A stretch of DNA of 64,000 nt from Cyanophyceae cyanobacterium (lineage in GTDB: Bacteria; Cyanobacteriota; Cyanobacteriia; Cyanobacteriales; JBHJGN01), in assembly GCA_050331735.1 (NCBI GenBank), contig JBHJGN010000031.1:64001-128000 (forward strand), read 5' to 3'. Every line of letters starts with the position of its first letter. Position 1 is the first letter of the stretch. Shown here in pieces: positions 59,727 through 64,000 of the stretch. The translations under genes and the position numbers were made by a program. Under the pieces are notes generated by a model. The model worked only from the letters and a program-made list of their open reading frames with translations, searched no databases and was not told where the DNA came from.

Positions 59727-59890
59727 CAGAGGGAACAGGAGTTTGCGTCGAACGGGGAAATTGTCCGGTGCGGGACGGGTAAGGGTTAAAGAACACAGAG
59801 TTAAGAAAACTAATTTATTCACCCTTTCCCCCTTCCCCTTTCCCCTTTCCCCGTCGCGGAGCGACTTCTTTCCCTGCGCCTGCGGCGCTA
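59727..59890. repeat. Family A repeat, copy 3
   Basis: TGTCCGGTGCGGGACGGG...AAAGAACACAG...TTCCCCGTCGCGGAGCGAC...TTCCCTGCGCCTGCGGCGCTA. Confidence 0.8.
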
Positions 59891-60742
59891 ATTCCGCAAC
59901 AGTTCGTTAATCGATGTTTTAGAACGGGTTTTGTCATCAACCGTTTTGACAATCACGTTGCAGTACAGGCTTGGACCCGGTGAGCCATCGGGAAGCGGTT
60001 TGCCGGGTAGGGTGCCGGGAACAACAACTGCATAGGGAGGAATTTCCCCGTAGAAAATCTTGCCAGTGGTGCGATCGACGATTTTAGTAGACTGACTGAG
60101 ATGAACGCCGATCCCCAAAACGGCTCCTTCGCGGACAATCACACCCTCAGCCACTTCGCTTTGACCGCCAACAAACACATTATCTTCGATAATTACTGGA
60201 TTGGCCTGAAGCGGTTCGAGAACGCCACCAATGACGACTCCAGAGGACAAATGGCATCCTTGGCCGATTTGGGCGCAGGAACCGACAGTGACGTAGCTAT
60301 CCACCATCGTTCCGGTATCAATATAGGCCCCGATGTTGACAAAGCTAGGCATTAGCACAACATCTCTCGCGACATAGGAACCGCGACGGACGACGCAATT
60401 GGGAACGGCTCGAAATCCAGCGCGAGTAAAGTCATCCTGAGTCCAGCCGGAAAACTTGGACGGCACTTTATCAAACCAGGGCGCTTCTTTGAGAGCCTGA
60501 GATTGCAGACCACTGGCGATGACGGCAGATTGATTCAAACGGAAAGACAGCAGCACAGCCTTTTTAAGCCACTGATTTACTACCCAGTCATTCCCGGATT
60601 TTTCAGCAACACGATATTGACCGCTATCTAATCCTGCTATGGCGTGTTCGACAGCCTCGCGTATTTCCCCTGACGTTTCTGCGTTAACGCTACTGCGGTT
60701 TTCCCAAGCCGTATCGATCGTTGTTGTCTGTGTTGTGTCCAT
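59888..60742 (-). CDS. dapD: Tetrahydrodipicolinate N-succinyltransferase
   Basis: [86 protein letters not shown]; start MDTTQ at 60742. Confidence 0.94.
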   Translation of the reverse strand: MDTTQTTTIDTAWENRSSVNAETSGEIREAVEHAIAGLDSGQYRVAEKSGNDWVVNQWLKKAVLLSFRLNQSAVIASGLQSQALKEAPWFDKVPSKFSGWTQDDFTRAGFRAVPNCVVRRGSYVARDVVLMPSFVNIGAYIDTGTMVDSYVTVGSCAQIGQGCHLSSGVVIGGVLEPLQANPVIIEDNVFVGGQSEVAEGVIVREGAVLGIGVHLSQSTKIVDRTTGKIFYGEIPPYAVVVPGTLPGKPLPDGSPGPSLYCNVIVKTVDDKTRSKTSINELLRN

Positions 60743-60837
60743 CTCGTCTTTACTTAAATCCACTACTGCTAATCTGAGAGTCAATTCTTCAAATGGTATC
60801 GCTAACGGGGAAAGGGGGGAAGGGGAGCGATCGCCGA

Positions 60838-62916
60838 TTACTGCTTCAGCGGTTGACCGTTGCTCCGTAACAGCTCTAACCCAGCGGCTACTACCGTTTC
60901 TGGCGCTATGTCTAAACACTCTAAACTGTAGGGACAGGTAAAGGCATAGCAGGGACTACAGACAGTCGGACGACGCAATAACTTTACGTCTGTTGCTCTC
61001 GGTTGCCACTGACACTCTAATTCAGTTCCGGCAAACAGAATCACGGCAGGGGTGCGTGTGGCATCGGCAATGTGCATGGTGGAGGTGTTATTAGTCAGCA
61101 CCAGACGCGCCTGAGCAATCAAAGCTGTGAGTTCGCTTAAAGTCGTTTTCCCAATTGAGTCAACGGCGCGATCGCCCAAAAATTCTAGCAGAGGACGAGA
61201 GCGATCGCGGTCTTTGGCTACGCCGGTGACGACCACTGGCCACCCTGTCTGTTCACTGAGTTGCCGTGCCGCTTCCGCAAAGCGCATCCCCTCATAGTTG
61301 CGAGACTGGCAGCTTGTCCAGGGGTTGAGCAAGATGTAGGAACCCGATACGCCGTTAGAGGTGGGGACATGCAGAGAGAGGTGGCGATCGCAAACCCTAA
61401 ACCCGACAGACTCGATCAGGCGAAGGTTGCGCTCAACTTGATGGGTGCAATCGGGGGCTGATGCCACCTCATGAGTGAGAATTCCCAAACCCCGCTCCTT
61501 TGATTCTCCTAGGCGAAGAGGAATTCCGGCCAGATAACAAATTAAGGCAGGCGGATGAGGACTCTGACTGAAGCTAGTGAAGATAATTGCCGCATCAAAT
61601 TGACGAGCAGCTAATGTATCAATCAGTTGCCATTCTCGTTCCGGGTCAAAATCTAATCGTCCTAAGTCTTGCCAGAGAACGCGCCAGGGCAGCACCTCAT
61701 CTACCCAAGGTAGGAGAGAAGCCGTGAGCGCACCGCCGGGACTCGCCATTAACGTTAGCTGAGCGTGAGGCAAATTTTCTTGAATCGCCCGCAAAGCTGG
61801 ACTAGTCATAATCACATCTCCAATGTTGTCCAGCCGCATCACCAGGATGTTACGAGCACTAGACCACTCTGAGAGCAACGATTGAGGAGGAAACTCTCTC
61901 TGACTCTCTACCCCCTGACGACTAACCACTAATCCCGTCCCTCTCAACACCCTCTCCGCCTCAGCCACGACTGCTTGAGGAGACACCGCTTCGGTGCAGG
62001 TCTCCCACTCAAAGGGACAAACCCCACTGTACCAGCAGGACTGTTGCGTAAAATTGCTAATGATGCGTTCCGGACATTCGGGATATCCCTGCAAATTAAT
62101 GTGAGGGGTGGGGTGCCCGTAGCGTTCGTGCCAGGAGGGACCAAACAGAGTAATCGTCGGTACATCAAGGGCGACGGCAATTCTCACCGGTCCTGTATCA
62201 GCGCCAATCACTAAATCGGCGTTGGCCATCGCTGCCGCTAGCTTTCGCAGGGTTCCTCGCGGCCAGACGTAGGCATCACCTCCAATGGCAGAGGCAATCG
62301 CTTGGGCTTGTTTATCTTCGCTTTCCACCACAAAGATGGTGCCGCCCTGCTGCTGAAGTGCTTTGCCGAGGGCAACAAACTTATCTGGGGACCAGCGCTT
62401 AATTGACATTCCGGCATCGGGAATGAGGAAAATGAGGGGACGGTATGCTGCTCCCAAAGCTTGTTCTGCCTGCGCCTTTTCTGTCCGAGAGAGTTCGATC
62501 AGCGGATGTTGGTTTTGAACACTATCGGGGGTAATTAACCCCTCTTCAAGCAGAATTTGGAGAAAGCGATCACCCACTCGCTGGTGCGCAGGAGGATTAC
62601 GCCAGAGATTGGTAACGGTTCTCTTGGCTGCCTTTGCAACAACGTCAGCAATGCCTTCGTAGTTGGTATCAGAAACAATTAAATCAAACCCTTGCTGAAC
62701 CAGTTCCTCAACGGCTTGACGAGCTTGGCCTTTTTGAGCAACGACAATTTGAGCGATTAGACTATTTTTCTGCAATAAGTCCGCAGCGGGGGAGAAAGTC
62801 AGCACCGTGAGGCGAGCTTGAGGATGACTGAGGGCCAAGGCTTTGATAGCAGGAAGGGCAATGAGTCCGTCTCCAATTCCGCCCAATAACTCTATAAATA
62901 GAATCTTCTGGATCAA
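60838..62916 (-). CDS. Tandem (two-domain) GT9 ADP-heptose-type glycosyltransferase
   Basis: Two GT9 units: GGIGDG...[13 protein letters not shown] and DNIGDV...[13 protein letters not shown], each ending in a Cys-rich tail. Confidence 0.88.
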   Translation of the reverse strand: MIQKILFIELLGGIGDGLIALPAIKALALSHPQARLTVLTFSPAADLLQKNSLIAQIVVAQKGQARQAVEELVQQGFDLIVSDTNYEGIADVVAKAAKRTVTNLWRNPPAHQRVGDRFLQILLEEGLITPDSVQNQHPLIELSRTEKAQAEQALGAAYRPLIFLIPDAGMSIKRWSPDKFVALGKALQQQGGTIFVVESEDKQAQAIASAIGGDAYVWPRGTLRKLAAAMANADLVIGADTGPVRIAVALDVPTITLFGPSWHERYGHPTPHINLQGYPECPERIISNFTQQSCWYSGVCPFEWETCTEAVSPQAVVAEAERVLRGTGLVVSRQGVESQREFPPQSLLSEWSSARNILVMRLDNIGDVIMTSPALRAIQENLPHAQLTLMASPGGALTASLLPWVDEVLPWRVLWQDLGRLDFDPEREWQLIDTLAARQFDAAIIFTSFSQSPHPPALICYLAGIPLRLGESKERGLGILTHEVASAPDCTHQVERNLRLIESVGFRVCDRHLSLHVPTSNGVSGSYILLNPWTSCQSRNYEGMRFAEAARQLSEQTGWPVVVTGVAKDRDRSRPLLEFLGDRAVDSIGKTTLSELTALIAQARLVLTNNTSTMHIADATRTPAVILFAGTELECQWQPRATDVKLLRRPTVCSPCYAFTCPYSLECLDIAPETVVAAGLELLRSNGQPLKQ

Positions 62917-62919
62917 GCT

Positions 62920-63201
62920 TTAATTCCGACTGACTAACTTACAGAAACGACTTTCTTCACCGCTTTTCAGCTTCTCTTGATAGAGAAAAGCGAGTTTGCT
63001 CTCTTCAAATTTTTCAAAGAACTCTTCCCATTCAATTCTCTCCAAGGAGTCTTGCCCACTGTAGCCCGGAAAATCGATGCGCAGCAGCCCCGGTCCATTT
63101 TCTTTGGTCCTTTTTACCGTTGCGGGGTAACCGCCTCGCTCTTCAACCCAGCGCTTGATCTCGTCGCGATCTGTCGTTTTTTTAGATTCTGCTTCAGACA
63201 T
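62920..63201 (-). CDS. Conserved small hypothetical protein
   Basis: TTDRDEIKRWVEERGGYPATV...LRIDFPG...IEWEEFFEKFEESKLAFLYQ; 3 nt upstream of the GT9 gene. Confidence 0.8.
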   Translation of the reverse strand: MSEAESKKTTDRDEIKRWVEERGGYPATVKRTKENGPGLLRIDFPGYSGQDSLERIEWEEFFEKFEESKLAFLYQEKLKSGEESRFCKLVSRN

Positions 63202-63616
63202 AAATAATTTCTCAACGCTGCTATCGAAGAGCATATATCGCTGAAGATAACAGTTCCCAATTGAGCGCTGCTTCTGCCTTTAGAATGAAGATAGCCTTCC
63301 TCCTATTTAGCTAAGCTTCAAGTCCACCATTCTGTTTGGAACTGTGTGCTATCGCTGAGCACACCTAGCTTTTCTTCCCGCTCATAAAAGCCCATTCTCA
63401 GCAACAACTGCGCTTAGCTAGTTCTTGATTATGCTCTTGGCTCTTTAGATTTCACTCCGCTGATAGAGACAAAATCTAGTGTTTTACTTTTAGATAAAGT
63501 ATAAGACTAAACAGACATACATGCATAAATATGCATTTCAACCGCCGTTGAGCTGAACTAGTTTCGGTTGCTGTCTTAGCGAGAGTTAGCTTTTAGAACA
63601 AAGGAATACGATTACT

Positions 63617-64000
63617 ATGGTTAAAAGTCACAACAATAGTTTGACAAAACAAACAGCAGTCCGTATGGGAGCGATCGCCCTTGGGATGGCGGCCCTCCTG
63701 CTTCCTGGCTGCAACAACCCCCAAGAAATTGCGGAAGAAGAAACAAACGTCACAACTGAAGACGTTGCCGAAGATCCAGTAGAAGCTGATGATGCCAACG
63801 CTAGCGGATTGGTGACGGTTCGGGGCGAAGTGTCGCAAGAACTTGATGAGCAAGGCTTTGAGCTTCAGTCTGAGGGCGAATCAATTTTAGTCATCAATGC
63901 CTCTGGAACACCTTTAACTCTCCCCACAGATGACGTGCCAGTGCAGGTAACAGGAGACTCGGTACAGTTTGTGACTGCCGACGTTGAGAGCGAGTACGGT
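63617..64000 (+). CDS. Lipoprotein (runs off window)
   Basis: MVKSHNNSLTKQTAVRMGAIALGMAALLLPGC lipobox, then an acidic domain VTVRGEV...ILVINASG; frame stays open to the window end. Confidence 0.8.
   Translation, partial: MVKSHNNSLTKQTAVRMGAIALGMAALLLPGCNNPQEIAEEETNVTTEDVAEDPVEADDANASGLVTVRGEVSQELDEQGFELQSEGESILVINASGTPLTLPTDDVPVQVTGDSVQFVTADVESEYG

Noticed and set aside
60743..60919. 59-aa N-terminal extension of DapD
   Set aside because: Overlaps the GT9 3' end and a repeat tract; DapD similarity starts at 60742
1..64000. Abundant GCGATCGC octamers and many short antisense ORFs
   Set aside because: HIP1 is a well-known cyanobacterial feature, used here only as a lineage and residency marker; the short ORFs are shadows of confidently assigned genes

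Overview
Cyanobacterial chromosome segment, judged from frequent HIP1 GCGATCGC octamers, ndhN/ndhM, sufR and an S10 cluster starting at rplC. Housekeeping content: the start of the large ribosomal-protein operon (rplC-D-W-B-rpsS-rplV-rpsC), ndhN, tRNA-Gly(TCC), sufR/sufBCDS with two SufR operators, a c-di-GMP/two-component cluster, a probable NsiR4 sRNA, ppa-ndhM and hisZ. Three things stand out. (1) A chromosomal cyanobacterial-type (MPF_C-like) type IV secretion cluster at 37.3-48.8 kb has no relaxase or integrase in the window and carries an apparent immunity-effector pair, so it is a candidate protein/toxin-delivery T4SS. (2) A proteobacterial-like dapD / fold-type-IV aminotransferase / dapE cassette has an IlvE-like enzyme where DapC is expected. 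(3) A dispersed repeat family has 13-nt mini-hairpins that keep structure but not sequence, and its end coincides with TAG stop codons. All assignments come from reading motifs by eye; no searches were run.
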